From Camelus ferus (lineage: Eukaryota), in NCBI RefSeq assembly GCF_009834535.1, contig NC_045696.1:104162001-104226000 (forward strand): 64,000 nucleotides of DNA. Direction: 5' to 3'. Position numbers and translations under genes: made by a program. The notes beneath the pieces were generated by a model that saw nothing but the letters and a program-made list of their open reading frames with translations, had not been told where the DNA came from and ran no database searches. Shown in pieces: positions 1 to 13,069 of the stretch (its first letter is position 1; the number at the start of each line of letters is the position of its first letter).

Positions 1-819
1 GGAAACTGAGGTACAGAGAGCTTAGAGGATTTGTCAGGGTGATTCAAGGAGCAAGTAGCTGAGTTGGGACAGAGACCCAGGGAGTCTGGCTCCACAGTCT
101 ACTCTCATCCTCTGTTCTGCACCATCTCAATTGTTTATTGGTTTATTGAGAATATTAGCTATAGTTTCTTAGAAGAAAAAAGTTGGGGGGCTTTGGAGGA
201 ATTTAAGAAGATGTGGTGCCCAGACGGTAAAATGTGCACTTCTGTCTGAGCCCGCAGAGGAGTCTGGAGAGTAGTTGCTCCCAAATGCAGGTTTGATGTC
301 CCATTGAGCCACCACTCCCATCAGCCACCCTGTGTAACATTTCAATCCAATTGTGGTTGAAGGCTCTCCTTTGATACACAGGTGATGAGCAGAGCTGGCC
401 ATGGAAATAGATTAGGAGCTGGTAGAAATGGATTTCCCCAGAAGGATTCAGTTAGCTTGTTGGAAATGCTGTCCCTCAGGGAGCAATTTAGGACTGTGTC
501 TCAGGAAGCTTGGGGAAAAAAAAAAAAACCCAAAACAAAAATCGGCCAACTTTTCCTACCCTCCAGGACAAGAGTATTAGAAAGGTAGTGAGACTTTGCA
601 AAGAAATGGATAGACTTCGTTGAGATAAGGGTGTAACACACTTTTGTGTGAGCAATGCCTGGGACTTCAACAATAGTTTGTGGTAATACAGAAATTGTGC
701 CCTGCCTCCCATTTAAGAAACCATCTAAGGGTCTTACCAAGGGTTCCTGTTTTGAATCTGAAACTTTCCTGTTGGCATTTGAATCTTGCTTTTAATATTA
801 ATGCTTTGTTTTTATCTCA

Positions 820-1730
820 AAGTAATAAAAGAAAACAAACAACCCAATTAAAAAAAATGAGCAAAGAACTTGAATAGACATTTCTCCAAAGAAAATATAC
901 AAGTGGCCAATAAGCACAAGAAAAGCTGCCCAACATCACTAATCATTAGGGAAATGCAAACCAAAATCACAATAAGATACTACTTCACATCCATTAAGAT
1001 GGCTATTATAAAAACAAAACAAAACAGACAAAAAGAGAAAATACCAGGTGTTGGCCAGGATGTGGAAAAGTTGGAACCCTTGTGCATTTCATTGCTAGTG
1101 GAAATATAAAAAGGTGCAGCTTTTGTGAAAAACTGTATTGCAGTTTCTTAAAAATTTAAACAAAGAATTACCATATAATCCAGTAATTCCATCTCTAGAT
1201 ATATCCCCAAAAGAATTGAAAGCAGAGACTCAAATAGATTCATTCCCATCAGTGTTCATAGCAGCACTATTTGAAATAGCCAAAAGGTGGAAACAACCTA
1301 AGTGTCCATCGTCAGATGAATGGCTAAACAAAATATGATATATACATACAATGGAATATTTGGCCTTAAAAAGTGGGGACATTCTGACACATGCTACAAC
1401 ATGGATGAACCTTGAAGATATTATGCTAAAGTGAAATAAGCTGTCACAAAATGACAAATATTATAGGATTTGACTTATATGAGGTACCTGGAATAGTCAA
1501 ATTCTTAGAGAAAGAAAGTGAAACAGTGGTTCCCAGAGGCTGGGAGAAGGGAGGATTGGGGAGTTAGTGTTCGGTGGGTATGAAGTTTCAGGTTGGGGTG
1601 ATGGAAAAGTTCTGGAGATAGTGTGGTGGTTGCTTAATGTGAATGTACTTAATGACACTGACTCATGCACTCAGACATGCTTAAAATGGTAAATTTTATG
1701 TTATGGAAATTTTACCAGAATTAAAAAAAA
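820..1730 (+). mobile_element. Old L1 (L1MB-like): ORF2 C-terminus plus 3' UTR, degraded
   Basis: ORF scraps [31 protein letters not shown] and ELPYNPVIPSLDISPKELK...IAALFEIAKRWKQPKCPSSDEWLNKI match the L1 ORF2 C-terminus. A typical 3' UTR follows and ends in an A-run near 1723-1730. Confidence 0.9.
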
Positions 1731-2495
1731 TAGAACAGGCACTGCACATCATTGTAAAAAAGTAAATATATAGCATTTGAAAAGTCATAATGACTTCCTC
1801 ACTGTCTCATTTTCACTCCTATAGGTAACTGCTTTTAACTTTTAACTTTTTACTTTTTCTTTAGTTCCATATTTCTCAATACTAGCAATTCATGCTGTTT
1901 TTTCTTGATCTCCTGATTTCAGGTGTTCTCTATTATACCTCAGGCTGTAAGAGATGCAGACGTAGCTTTCCGACTCCACTCCTGTATTTCCCTCTTTCCC
2001 CGCTCCCTCTTCTCAAAGTTGTGTCACAATTTTTTAGTTAAATCAATAATTATTTATCTTATTATCATGTCTGTTAATTTTGTCCCCTGCAAAGCCAAAT
2101 GGTATACATGCTGTTCTTGTACAACTTTTTACTTTTCTTGGTTAATAATTGCGTTTTTCCCCTTTGCTTAATTTTCTTTACCTATCCTTCAGTTTTTCCA
2201 CATGCTTCATATCTATCAATGGCCTAAAAATGTTGCTTTTCTAAATGTTTTAATATCAGTCTATTAATCCCATTTTTTCCCCTTTCTCTGGAGACCTCTC
2301 TTCTGAATTATTCCATCCTCTTGCTCCAGCCTGAATTAGTTGCTTTCTTGGCTGCACGATTGTCATCCTGGGATTTACATCCTCTTACTTGTTTCCTGGA
2401 ACTCATGTTTTTTGACTTTTCTTTTTCTTTATTTGCTACTGTATTCTGTGAAGTACATTCTTCAGCAGCTGCCAAAGGAAAGATATGTAGAAGGT

Positions 2496-2502
2496 ATTAT
2501 TA

Positions 2503-2533
<31 letters not shown>

Positions 2534-2543
2534 CATTATTATA
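2496..2543. repeat. (TAT)n microsatellite within an old minus-strand L1 relic
   Basis: Directly visible tattattatcattattattattatt... Confidence 0.95.
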
Positions 2544-3650
2544 TGTTGCATGCTTTTATTTTATCTTCATATTAGATAATTTGGCTAAGCATAGGATTCT
2601 GAATTGAAAATTATTTTCGCTCTGTCTTTTGAAGTCACTGTCCCATTGGTTTCTAGCACCCAGAGCTAATATTGAGAAGTTTGACTCCATCTGTAGCTTT
2701 GGTTCTTGTATATAACATGTTTTTTATGCTCTTTTAACCTTTTAGGTTCTTTCTTTCATTCCTGGTTTTGGGAAATTTCACCACAAAGTGCCATGATGGT
2801 GGTGGAGTCTCTCCATTCATCGTGCTGGGTATCCTATGGGCTTTTTAAGTCTGAAAATGAAAAACTAGAATTTGCACTTGGAGTGTTCTCTAATGGCTTG
2901 AGTCTTTCAGCCCCCAAAGCCAAAAAGTGTAGTTGATCTTTTCTCTCTGGAATAGTACCTGGCAAGAAGTTAGCACTGGATCAGTGCCCAGAGTCAAGGG
3001 CCAAAAGTTAAAAGGATAGACTTCTGGTTTGGCAGCAATGCTGCGTAAAGCAGCACTTGACAAATATTTGGTGGGGAATAGAGTGTGATAACAGTTTTAT
3101 TTCGTAAGTGGCCAGTTCCCTGGAGTTTGGGTTCTCCCTCCACACATACACACTCCCAACCCCAGAACCGGTTCAGTGGCTTTCCTATCTTCTCCAGCCT
3201 CGACCCCAGGCAGTGCCCTCTTATGCTGCTTAGTAGTTGAGTGAACAGAAGAGAAACGGAGATAAGGGCTGGGGAACATTGCACTTGGGTTAGGTCAAAG
3301 GTCAAGGCTGGAAGTGAAGGCTCCACAGCCTGGAGTCAGAATTACCTTGGAAAAGCCTTTACATCTCCCAGAAGTATGAGATACTAAGAACCTTTTGTAC
3401 TTAATGTTTCTCTCTGCTCCTCAGTGAATCTCTTAATGTTGTCTTTCAGGAGGTCAGTGAAACCATTGCCATCCAATTTCTTGGCCACAGCTAAACAGTT
3501 TGTTTCTTGTCTTTTCATTGACTGGGAAATACTTAAAAGTTGTTTTCTCAGCTTTTCCCTAATTTTGGCTCTGTAAGACTTTCAGTTCCAAACAAAATGG
3601 AGTAACAGGGATCAGAAATAGCATTAAAAACCAGGCAAAATATATGACAC

Positions 3651-3968
3651 TGTAAACAAAAAGAACAAAGGACAGTGCTCATCATTCCGTCACAGCCCAC
3701 AGTGCCAGTGCGCCCTGAGGGAAATTCAGAATGGAAAAAGCTGGAAGCATTCTGTGTTTTTAGATATCTGGGCCCCTACACAGTTAAGATGCACATCTCA
3801 GGAAGAATTTCAGTGATGTCAGTTTCTTGCATCTTCCCATACATAGAAGAGCACTAAAATCATTAACTTGAGATGTCTGTTCTTTGTGATTAGCAGTAAT
3901 CTTTTTATGCTTGACTCTGTGTATTTCCCAGCCAAAAATTTCATGTATATACAGGCTCCTCCCCTATC
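3651..3968 (+). mobile_element. ERV1-type LTR, truncated on the right; same family as 6638-7054 but opposite orientation
   Basis: Internal blocks (ttcttgcatcttcccatacatagaagagcactaaaatcattaacttgagatgtctg...gattagcagtaatcttt) are near reverse complements of 6793-6875. Confidence 0.75.
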
Positions 3969-4371
3969 ATTTTTTTAAAATGTATTCATCTATGTTTGTA
4001 TCATTCATTCATTCCATTTCAGTAGTGTAAACCTCTCAATAAATGTCTAATATCCATGAGCACAATTTGGAATAAGAAACATCCTCAGTGTCTAGTATGA
4101 GACGAAAGAGAGAGAGGGAAAAAGGAAGTGTAAAGTGAGCTGATCCATGAATGAAACTTATTTAGCAAAACAAGAAATCAGAGCTAAGAGATATATGAGC
4201 CTCACAGCAAGATTCCTTCAGAGAGATTGGATGTGTCTTGGCATATAGAATGACATATCAAACAAAATTTAATATAAACCTGAAAGCGTAAGATGATTTG
4301 TGTTGACATCAGGGCTTTCTATGCTGTTAGTCCACTGGTTATAAAGCAAAGTTCTCTCTTAGATGATCTTA

Positions 4372-4538
4372 TTTTTTTTAATTAATTAATTTATTTTTTA
4401 GTCTTTTTTTAAATTGAAGTATAGTCAGTTTACAATGTTGTATCAATTTCTGGTGTACAACACAATGCTTCAGTCATACATGAATATACATATATTTGTT
4501 TTCATATTCTTTTTCACCATGAGCTACTGGAAGATATT
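4372..4538 (-). mobile_element. 5'-truncated young L1 3' end (camelid-type)
   Basis: T-rich tail then ttgaagtatagtcagtttacaatgttgtatcaatttctggtgtacaacac. The same motif recurs near 28.1, 32.1, 36.4, 37.1 and 49.9 kb. Confidence 0.85.
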
Positions 4539-5277
4539 GCCCCAGTTCATTGCCTGGAGAGAGTTTCCAGGCTACAGCCCAGGAACATGCAAATTAGGCA
4601 GAGCCTGGCAGACTCTCTGGGTTGAGGACACGCAGCTGAGAGTCCAGGGAGACCAAAGCAGCTTGGGTTTGAGGGGCACAGTACCAAGAACCCCAGATAT
4701 TTGCAGGGGGTCCTTAAATTTTCAACTGAGTACTGCTCAGTGTATGTACATGAGGGACAACCTGAGGCAGGGAAAAATCCACCTCATAGAATTAGAGAAA
4801 ACAGTATTTGGCATTCACATAGGGCCAGGAATAGTGCCTGTTCCCATCGGTCTAGATGGAAAATTTCACAAGTCATGGGGCCTTGGGTTGAGTATTCAGA
4901 AAGGTCTTGCCTCACTAGTGGGGAGCAATTAGCCTCCAACTAAACTGTGTTCTGGTCCTGCCTCATACATTTAAAAGTGAGATGTGAAGGGATTAAACTG
5001 TGTATAATTAAATGCATCCCAGAACAAAGCTCAAAACTATTTATAGGAGTACAAAAATATCCAGCACCCAACAAGGTAAAATCCACAATGTCTGGCATGC
5101 GGAGATTACCAGGCATGCAAAGAAGCAGAAACATATGAGCCAAAATGTAGTTATGAGTTTCTTATATCTATGCAAAGAAGTACGCTATCATTTGGAGATA
5201 AACTTTGATAAGTTAAAGATATATACTATAAATCCTAAAGCATCTGCTAATGGAACAAAATTATAGCTAATTAGACA

Positions 5278-5360
5278 AGGACCTCCATTAAAAATTAACA
5301 AAAACCTAATTACCTCTCCCCCTCAAAAACAGAAAACAAATCTTAAAAAAAAAAAAAAAG
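5278..5360 (+). mobile_element. 3' part of a tRNA-derived SINE with A tail
   Basis: acctccattaaaaattaacaaaaacctaattacctctcccc matches the tail of the SINE at 12336-12445. Confidence 0.75.
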
Positions 5361-6086
5361 AAAAAGAAGAAGAGGAAGGAAAATAAAAGAGAGACAGAAA
5401 GAGAACGAGACAGAGGAGTGGGGAGAGAGAGAAGAAAGTTCAACTCCCTGAGCTTGGCACTTTATGGTGAAGTCTGTCTTGCCCTCCCTCCCGTCTTCCC
5501 ACCCATTCCTATCAGCACAGATCCCTCTAGGCCAGCTGAATTGCTGTGTTGCCCACATTCACACAGTTGTTTCACTCCTCTGGGCTTTCAGACATGTTCC
5601 AATCCCTCCGGCCCCTCCTGTGTGCTTCCACAGCTCTGTGCTGGCCTCTCTAGACTGTGCCCCGTCCACTCCCCCGGCCCATGCACTCCCTGAAAGCCAG
5701 GATTCCTGGCTCACTCCGGGCCCCACACTTCCCCAGGCTGGGAACCATTTCATCTTTGTCTTTGTAGCCTCATGGACACTTGGCATCGTGGACATTCAAT
5801 ACATATTCTCCACGTGCCTACCCTATGCCAGGTACTGTCCTATCAGAGCATCGAGACAGACAAGATGCATGGTCTCATGGAGCCTATATTCTGGTGTACA
5901 ACAGACTAATATGCTGGTCAACCAATAAAATAATTTCATGCTGTGAAATGATTTTGCTGTGAAGAAAAGCAAACGACGGGAAGATGTAGTTTAGGCTGAG
6001 GGGTTAGGGGTGTACTCTCTGAGGACATGATGCTTCTGTGGACACTTGACAGTGAAGAGAGGGAATCAGCCATGTGAAGACAGGGT

Positions 6087-6455
6087 TGCATTAGTTCCCT
6101 AGAGCTGCCAGAATGAAATACCACAGACCAGCTCGCTTAAACAACAGGAATTAATTTTCTTGCAACTCTGGAAGCTGGAAGTCCAAGATCAAGGTGTTGG
6201 CAGGGTTGGTTTCTTTTGAGGCTTCTCCCCTTGGCTCATCGTGTCCTTATACGATCGTCTCTCAGTCTGTGTGTGACCCTGTCCTAATCTCATGTAAGGA
6301 TGCCAGTCTTACTGGGTTAGGGCCCACCCATATGGCTTCATTTTACCTTAATTGGCTCTTCAAGGCCCTATCTCCAAATCCAGTCACGTGCTGAGGTCCT
6401 GGAGGTTAAGAATTCGACATACACATTTTGGGAGGATATGATTCAGCCGGTAACA
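6087..6455 (-). mobile_element. MaLR solo LTR (MLT1A/B-like) inserted in an L2 relic
   Basis: TG...CA ends; ttaaacaacaggaattaattttct...gaagtccaagatcaaggtgttggcagggttggtttctt; 5-bp flanks agggt/ggggt. Confidence 0.85.
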
Positions 6456-6637
6456 GGGGTGAAGTGCATTTCTAGTAATAGCAGGGGGAAAAGCTCTGAG
6501 TGAGTTGAAGGAAAAAGGAAGGCGGTGGGGCAGGAGCAGAATGAGCAAGAAGACTGGTTGGAAATGGAGTTGGATGGGTGGCCAAGAGCCAGATCATGTA
6601 CGTGATGGCACCTGTAGATCATGCCAAGGATTTTATT

Positions 6638-7054
6638 TGTTGACCAAGACCAAGCACAACCTAAAAGTTGAGAGTTATATTGTATTTGATGGACTTCCTC
6701 TCAGATAGCTCTGAGAGACTGCTCTGAAAAGGTAAGGGAGGAGTTAGGATATATGAGTTCAAACAAACAAAAAACCAGGTAACTGAACATCAAAAGATTA
6801 CTGCTAATTAAAGAAGACCAGGCATCTCAAGTTAATGAATTTAGGGCTTTTTATGTATAGGAAGATGTAAGAATCTGGGCCCATTGAAATCATTCCTTTG
6901 ATATGTCCCTTCACTATCTGGTGCAGTATCCTGTTTTTCTCCATCCTGAATCTCTTCAGGGTGCACAGTCAGGTTGGCAGCACTGAATTGTGGCCACTGG
7001 CTTGATGGCCACAACATCCTTTGTTTACTGATCTGGCAGGTGACATCGTCCACA
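6638..7054 (-). mobile_element. ERV1-type solo LTR inserted in an L2 relic
   Basis: TGTTG...CCACA ends; 4-bp flanks tatt/tgtt. The L2-like host reads through: gccaaggattttatt | ctaagtgagatgaaaacccactggagggttttaagca. Confidence 0.75.
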
Positions 7055-7489
7055 TGTTCTAAGTGAGATGAAAACCCACTGGAGGGTTTTAAGCATAGTA
7101 GAGCAAAGACCCAGTTTTCAATTTCAGATCACTCTGTTAATGTGTGGAGGCTGGACGGAAGGAGAGCAAGGAAGGAAATAAGAAATGTGTTAGGGAGCTC
7201 TTGAAGTTGGTGGCTTGGACTGAGTGCTCTCAGAGGAAGCTGACTGGAGTGAGGGGAAGAGAAGGTGAATGGGGAGGAAGAAGCAGGTCCATGATACTTT
7301 TCATTAAAATGTAATTTTCAACCAAGAGTCTTCCTCATCATTGTGGTGAGTCGAAGATGCTAATTTAAGAACACTTTCCATGAGTGAAGTGAAGTCATTC
7401 CAATGAGTCTTGGATAATTTGATTGGAATAATAAGTGCCATTCATTGAGCCTTGACTATATGACAGATACTTGGTTTACGTGAAGTTTC

Positions 7490-7619
7490 TTTTTTAAAAA
7501 TTTAATTCATTTGTTTTTTTAAATTTTTATTATTATTTTTTAATGGAGGTGCTGGAGATCGAACCCAGGACCCCGTGCATGCTAAACATGCACTCTACCA
7601 CTGAGCTATACCCTCCCCC
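7490..7619 (-). mobile_element. tRNA-Ala-like SINE (camelid Vic-1-like)
   Basis: Reverse complement reads GGGGAGGGTATAGCTCAGTGGTAGAGTGCATGTTTAGCATGCACGGGGTCCTGGGTTCGATCTCCAGCACCTCCATTAAAA, with A and B boxes and an A-rich tail. Confidence 0.9.
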
Positions 7620-9138
7620 GACATTTAGTTACATCTCATCCTCATGACAGTCCCTTGGGAGGGAATTGCCACCATCCTTGTAGAGATGAGGAAACATGGG
7701 CTCTAGTGAAACCACAGGTGAGCATCAGAGCTGGAAATGCACTCTCCAGCCCTCGACCCCAGTCTGACCCCCTTCAGCATCCTGCTTTTCCCCTGCCCTG
7801 GGCCCTCCCAAGATCTCTCCGCTCACTGCTCACTGCCCGGCTCAGAGGAGGGCTGCTGTCTCCTTCCTCCCTCAAGCAGCTGAGCCCATCCAGATCTGCC
7901 AGCAGAGTGAGCCTCACCCACCTAAAGCTACGGGCCTTTAATGAGATAGAGCTGCTGAAAAGAAACATTTAATTGCATGTTTTATTAATTTATTTTCTAT
8001 GAAATATTAATCATGAGCTCTTGCTAACACAAAGTCTGGAGAGCAGTGAGTAACTTTGACAATATTACTTTGACAATGACAAGACTGTTATGACAATCTT
8101 CAAAGTACTGAATCCCTCCCATCCTCACCCTCTGAATTCTGGTTTCTGAACTGAGTTCTATCTCATGATCCTCTACTCTGTCTCACTTATTTTATGAAAA
8201 GTAAAACAAAATATTCAAAGGGAAAGAAAGGGAGGGAAAAGCCCAGGGTGGGAAGGGCGGCAGCTAGCAATGCTGGGAGAGCAGAAGTGGTCCAGGAGGA
8301 GATGGGGTATGGAATGTGGAGAGGTCAAGCTGAAGACCTCTTTTTGCATGGACCATTGAGCGGGGGAAGTGAACCTGACCTGAGGCCACCTCTTACTCTA
8401 CAAGTGGTTTTCCGCTGGCCAGGAGGAATGTCAGTGGTGGACGCCAAACAGACGTGGTATTTATTTTCACTCGGCCACAGCACACACTGGCCACCTTCTC
8501 TTCTGGAGCCCCAGGGCTAGGAATAGTTTTAAGAAACAGTCAACAGGGAAGAGGGAGTGGCCAGTATGTGGGCAGGTATCCAATGATCTTCAGAGATGGC
8601 ACAGCCTCTGCCCTGGGTATTCCCATCTTAATGGTTGTAGCAAAAGGGTCTGTTGCTTCCAAAAGGAATAACCATCTTATATTGTGTGATGGCCTGCTGA
8701 TAAAGGAGGTAACTGGGTTGCTACCCTTTGGGGATTACCAGTTTGAGAGAGTAGACAGTTCAAAGATCAATGATCTGTGTTCTCAGGGAGCTCCCAATTT
8801 GTCCTTGGGAAAAATTCCAGTCCAATGTAGTTTACACAGCCACCATTTCCAGTAAACTCCGGGAAATGGTGAACACATACATGAACGTGACATTGGTACC
8901 TTGTCATATTTGAGGAAGTTTCAGGTAGTGTATAGGCACCTCTTCTTTTAAGTAACCACTAGATACAAATTTTAGAAATCCTTCTGTTTTTTAGATCCCA
9001 AAACATGGGAATTTGGTACAAAAGAGGCATTTCAAATTAGTTGGGGAAAATGATTTATTTGATAAATCATGTTGGGATTATGGGATTATCTCATCTGCAA
9101 AAAACAAACAAAACTCAGATTCCCAGTCTTACTCCTTA

Positions 9139-9256
9139 AAATTTTTTATTCTTAATCAATTAATTTTTTTTAACAGAGGTGCTAGGGATTGAACCCAGGA
9201 CCTTTTGCATGCTAAGCAGGCACTCTACCACTGAGCTATACCCTCCTACCCCCTAA
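9139..9256 (-). mobile_element. tRNA-Ala-like SINE with TSD
   Basis: Same head sequence; flanking repeats tcttactcctta (9127-9138) and tctcactcctta (9257-9268). Confidence 0.9.
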
Positions 9257-9299
9257 TCTCACTCCTTAGATCAAAATAAATTCCAGGTGGATCAAAGAT

Positions 9300-10450
9300 T
9301 TAAATACGAAATGGTAAAGCAAGTCAAGAGAATTAGAAGACAAGTCACAGACTGGGAGAAAATATTTGCAATACACATATCTTATAAAGTACTGTTATAC
9401 AAAATATACAAAAATCTCTTAAAATTCAACAATAAGAAAATGAACAATCTGAAAAAAACATGGGCAAAAGATCCAAACACAGATGGCAAGTAAGCATATG
9501 AAAAGATGTTCAACATCATATGTCATTAGGGGAAATGTGGAGTAAAGCAATGAGGTGCCACTATACACCTATTAGAGTGGTTGGAGTCCAAAACACAGAC
9601 AACACTAAATGCTGACGAGGATATGGATCAACAGGAACTCTTGTTTTTTCCTGATGCAAGTACAAAATGGTACAGCCAGTTTGGAAGACAGTTTGGCAGT
9701 TTCTTACAAAACTAAACATACTCTTACCCTACAATTCAGCAATTGTGTTCCTTAATATTTACCCAGAAGAGCTGAAAACGCATGTCCCCACAGAAAACTG
9801 CACATGGATATACAAAAGCAGCCTTCTTCAAATTGCCAAAACTTGGGAGCAACCAAGATGTCCTTTTGTTAGATGAATGGATAAATAGACTGTGGTACAT
9901 TCATACAATGGGATATTATTCAGCACTAAAAAAAGAGCCATCAAGCCATGAAAAGACAGAGAAGAAGAACCTTAAATGCATATTTCTAAGAGAAAGAAGC
10001 CCATCTAAAAAGGATACATACTGTATGATTCCAACTACATGACATTCTGGAGTAGGCAAAACTATGGAGAGAGTAAAAAGATCAGTGGTTGCCAGAGGGT
10101 GAAAGAGAGAGAGATGAACTGGCAAAGCACAGAGGATTTTTAGGGCAATGAAACTATTCTGCGTGATATTATAATGGTGGATACAGGTCATGACACAGTT
10201 ATCAAAGCCCATAAAATGTACACCACCATGAGAGAAATCTGAGGTAAACTATGTTCTTTGGATGGCAAAGCTGTGTTGGTGTAGGTTCATCAGCAATAAC
10301 AAAGGTATTGTTCTGGTTGGGGACGTTCGTAGTGGGGAGGTTGTGCATGTGTGGAGTCAGCAGGTGTATGGAAATTCTCTACTTTCCACTCTGTTGTGCT
10401 GTCAATCTAAAACCTAGAAAGCTCTAAAAAATAAAGGCTATTAAAAAATT
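9300..10450 (+). mobile_element. Old L1 (L1MC-like): ORF2 C-terminus plus 3' UTR
   Basis: ORF scraps RQVTDWEKIFAIHISYKVLLYKIYK and MVQPVWKTVWQFLTKLNILLPYNSAI; 3' UTR atcaagccatgaaaagac...ccaactacatgacattctgg. Confidence 0.9.
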
Positions 10451-11986
10451 AAACCATCAGAAACAAAACAAAAAAGTGGAGCCAAGCAGCATTATTCATA
10501 AAACAAAAGACAGATACATTTGATAATAGAGATGAAAGTTTTCTATAGAGCAAAAAAATACCACATACAAAGGAAGAAAACAAGTGACAAATTGGCGGAA
10601 ATACTTACAACTTGGTTTCTCATGTTCTTAAAAAACTCTGACTGAAACAGTGTGTAAACGTAAACCTGTGTTGTCTCAAAACTGAGCCTGGTGAGGGATG
10701 TAGGGGCCTGTATGTTGGGCTGGGAATCGTGGCGGGCTGGGCTTGCTGGAGGAAGTGATTTATGTTAGCAGGGCAGATCCCATCTGGGACTGAGAGATGC
10801 AGCATCAAACTTTGGTTTCACTGCTAGCGGGCCGCTGCTGTTGCCACCCCTGCTGCTGCAGCTGGTGATCGTGACCTCACGTGCTTGGGTTTAGCGTATT
10901 TGGGCAGATCAAGGTTGGATAGTGGGGCACTGGGATCTAGGAGGATTTTTATTCCCAAGATAGCCTCCTTCCCTACTCCTGTGCCTTGATCAAGGTGTAG
11001 GAAAAATCCCTTTCTTATGAGTTTGAACTGTTTTCCGGAATGAAATCTTAAAAAGAAAGCAAATGGCAAACTTTTCCTGGGCACCGCTCCCCTCCTCCAC
11101 TGCCTTGTCTCTAAGCATCATCTAGCAACCTGGTTTCTGATTAACCAAAGCCTGGTCCCAGATTAGACTGGCTGACCATGCTGATCTCACACCTGGCCCC
11201 AGGCTCCTTTTCCTCATGGCAGCTTTGTCTGAATCCTAAATAAAGACAGCCTGGCTTCTAGGCCAAGGTCATTTGGGTTGGCATAATGTCCAGGCCTGGT
11301 TGGATTGCTATGTCCTGCCTAAAGCTGGCTTCCTGGTCTCAGGCCTTGCGCCCCAAATCATCTGAATGGTGTTTCCACTCTAAGGCATGCTGCCTGGTTG
11401 CCTTGATCCCTGCACTGGACCCCCATCTTCTCTAAGAGGAAGCCCCTTTCCTGTGTGTCCCAAAGATTCTCCCCTTGCTCTTCAAGTCATTCACTATTTG
11501 CTTTGAAGTTGCTTGTTTCTCTTCTCCGGGAGCTGGCCTGAGCTCCCAGAAGTCCTTCTAAACCTCCCTGGGTACCTTCTATGTGCCAAGTACTTAGATA
11601 GACATGGGAATCAGCCCTGCCCTCAAGTTGTGCAGATTAGTGGGGTGGTCAGACAAGTAAACAGGCCATAACAAACCATGGCTGTGTTACAAGGAAGCAC
11701 GGGGTGGGGAGGAATGGTGGGATCCTAGAAAACAGAGAAACCCACCCAGCTGAGATGATCAGGGGAGATTCCTGCTGGAGGTGGTGTTTGAGCCCAGACC
11801 TGAAAGGCGGACAGGAAGACATATCAGGAAGATGGCCCGGGCAGAAGGAATAGTCTGTGTGGAAGCATCAAACAGGGAGTGAGCTTTGGGATGTGGAGGC
11901 AGGAGAATCACACAGCTCATCGTCCTCTGTTGGGATGCATTTCTCAGAACCTTCTCTTCTATCTGATTGTAAGGCCCATCCTACCC

Positions 11987-12611
11987 TGCATTAGCTAGCT
12001 AAGATCTCATATAAAATTTAGCAGCTTATAACAGTAAATGTTTATCATCCCATACGGTGTCTGAGGCCAGGAATTGGTGGCAGCTTAGCTGGGTGGTTTT
12101 GACTCAGAATCTCTCACACATTTGCAGGGAAACTGTTTCCTAGGCCAGTCATCTGAAGGTTTGACTCAGACTGGAGAGTCTGCTTCTAAACTCACTCACA
12201 TGGTTGTTGTCCAGCTTCAGTTTTTCACCATGTGGTAGCTGACTTCAATGAGAGAGAGGGAGAGAGAGAGGAGGAGGAGAAGGAGTGGGAGGAGAAAGAG
12301 AAGGAAGAAAAAAACCCATAGAAGCCATGGTGTTCGGGGAGGGTGTAGCTTAGTGGTAGAGTGTGTGCCTAGCATGCGTTCAAACCCCAGTACCTCCATT
12401 AAAAATAAATAAACCTAATTACACCACTCCTCCCACAACAACAAAAAGCCATGGTCTTTTGTAATCTAATCCCGAGAGTCACATCCCATCACTTTCATCA
12501 TGTGCTATTGACCACACAGAACGACCTTGGGGCAATATGGGAGGGGACTACACAAGAGTGTGAATCTGGGTGATGGGATCAGTAGGGCCATTTGGGAGGC
12601 TGGGGACCACA
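11987..12611 (-). mobile_element. MaLR LTR (MLT1F-like), interrupted by a SINE
   Basis: cagcttagctgggtggttttgactcagaatctctcac...gggaggggactacacaagagtgtgaat...gggaggctggggaccaca. Confidence 0.8.
12336..12445 (+). mobile_element. tRNA-Ala-like SINE with internal deletion and TSD
   Basis: ggggagggtgtagcttagtggtagag...gttcaaaccccagtacctccatt; TSD aagccatggt at 12322-12331 and 12446-12455. Confidence 0.9.
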
Positions 12612-13069
12612 TATCCTGTGGTTAAACTGAACTGCATGACCTGTGATCTTAGGTGCAGCAGCGTGTAAACTTAGTTTCCTAGCCATCCATGTGGCTTCAC
12701 TGGGGCCCCTCATCTTTACTTGGACTTCCTTAGCATTGGATCAGGTCTCTTAGAAAGCTAGGAATTTCCTTCTCTCTTCGTCTTTGGGGAGTGGGGCTTT
12801 CCTTTTGGCTTCTCATCTTTTGTTTCTGGTTTATGGAACTAACTACTACTTCTTGATCCACTCCTTAGGGGATTTAGGACACACCCTGAGCCAGAATAAC
12901 CAGATCTTCTCTGGCTCAGCTAACAAACCATGTCTACCTTTTGAGAGTCTAGGTGCAGCCAAGGGATAGCTCTTCTTGAATCTTGTTACTCTAGTTTTAC
13001 TATTCCAAAATCTGTTTACAGTTTTCCTCAGAAGAGGAATGGTGCTGTTGGACACATCTTGAACAGGTG

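Larger units (their letters stand above)
3570..5260 (+). mobile_element. Ancient L1M 5'-region fragments (about 3570-3650 and 4537-5260), split by later insertions
   Basis: aaaatggagtaacaggga...caaaatatatga, resuming at ttgccccagttcattgcctggagagagtttccagg...ccagcacccaacaaggtaaaatccacaatgtctggcat. Both resemble old L1 5' consensus as recalled. Confidence 0.65.

Noticed and set aside
870..1338. L1 ORF2-like ORFs here and near 9.3-10, 18.9-19.35, 28.3 and 52.9 kb as genes
   Set aside because: Short, frameshifted fragments of dead L1 copies.
2321..2579. Poly-Tyr and poly-Ile ORFs
   Set aside because: Translations of a (TAT)n microsatellite.
4414..4932. 172-aa ORF, the longest in the track
   Set aside because: Non-ATG start, spans the junction of two unrelated L1 pieces, and has no recognisable homology.
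8194..8855. 108-aa and 133-aa ORFs in non-repetitive sequence
   Set aside because: No recognisable domain or convincing splice context. Cannot be excluded without a database search, but unsupported.
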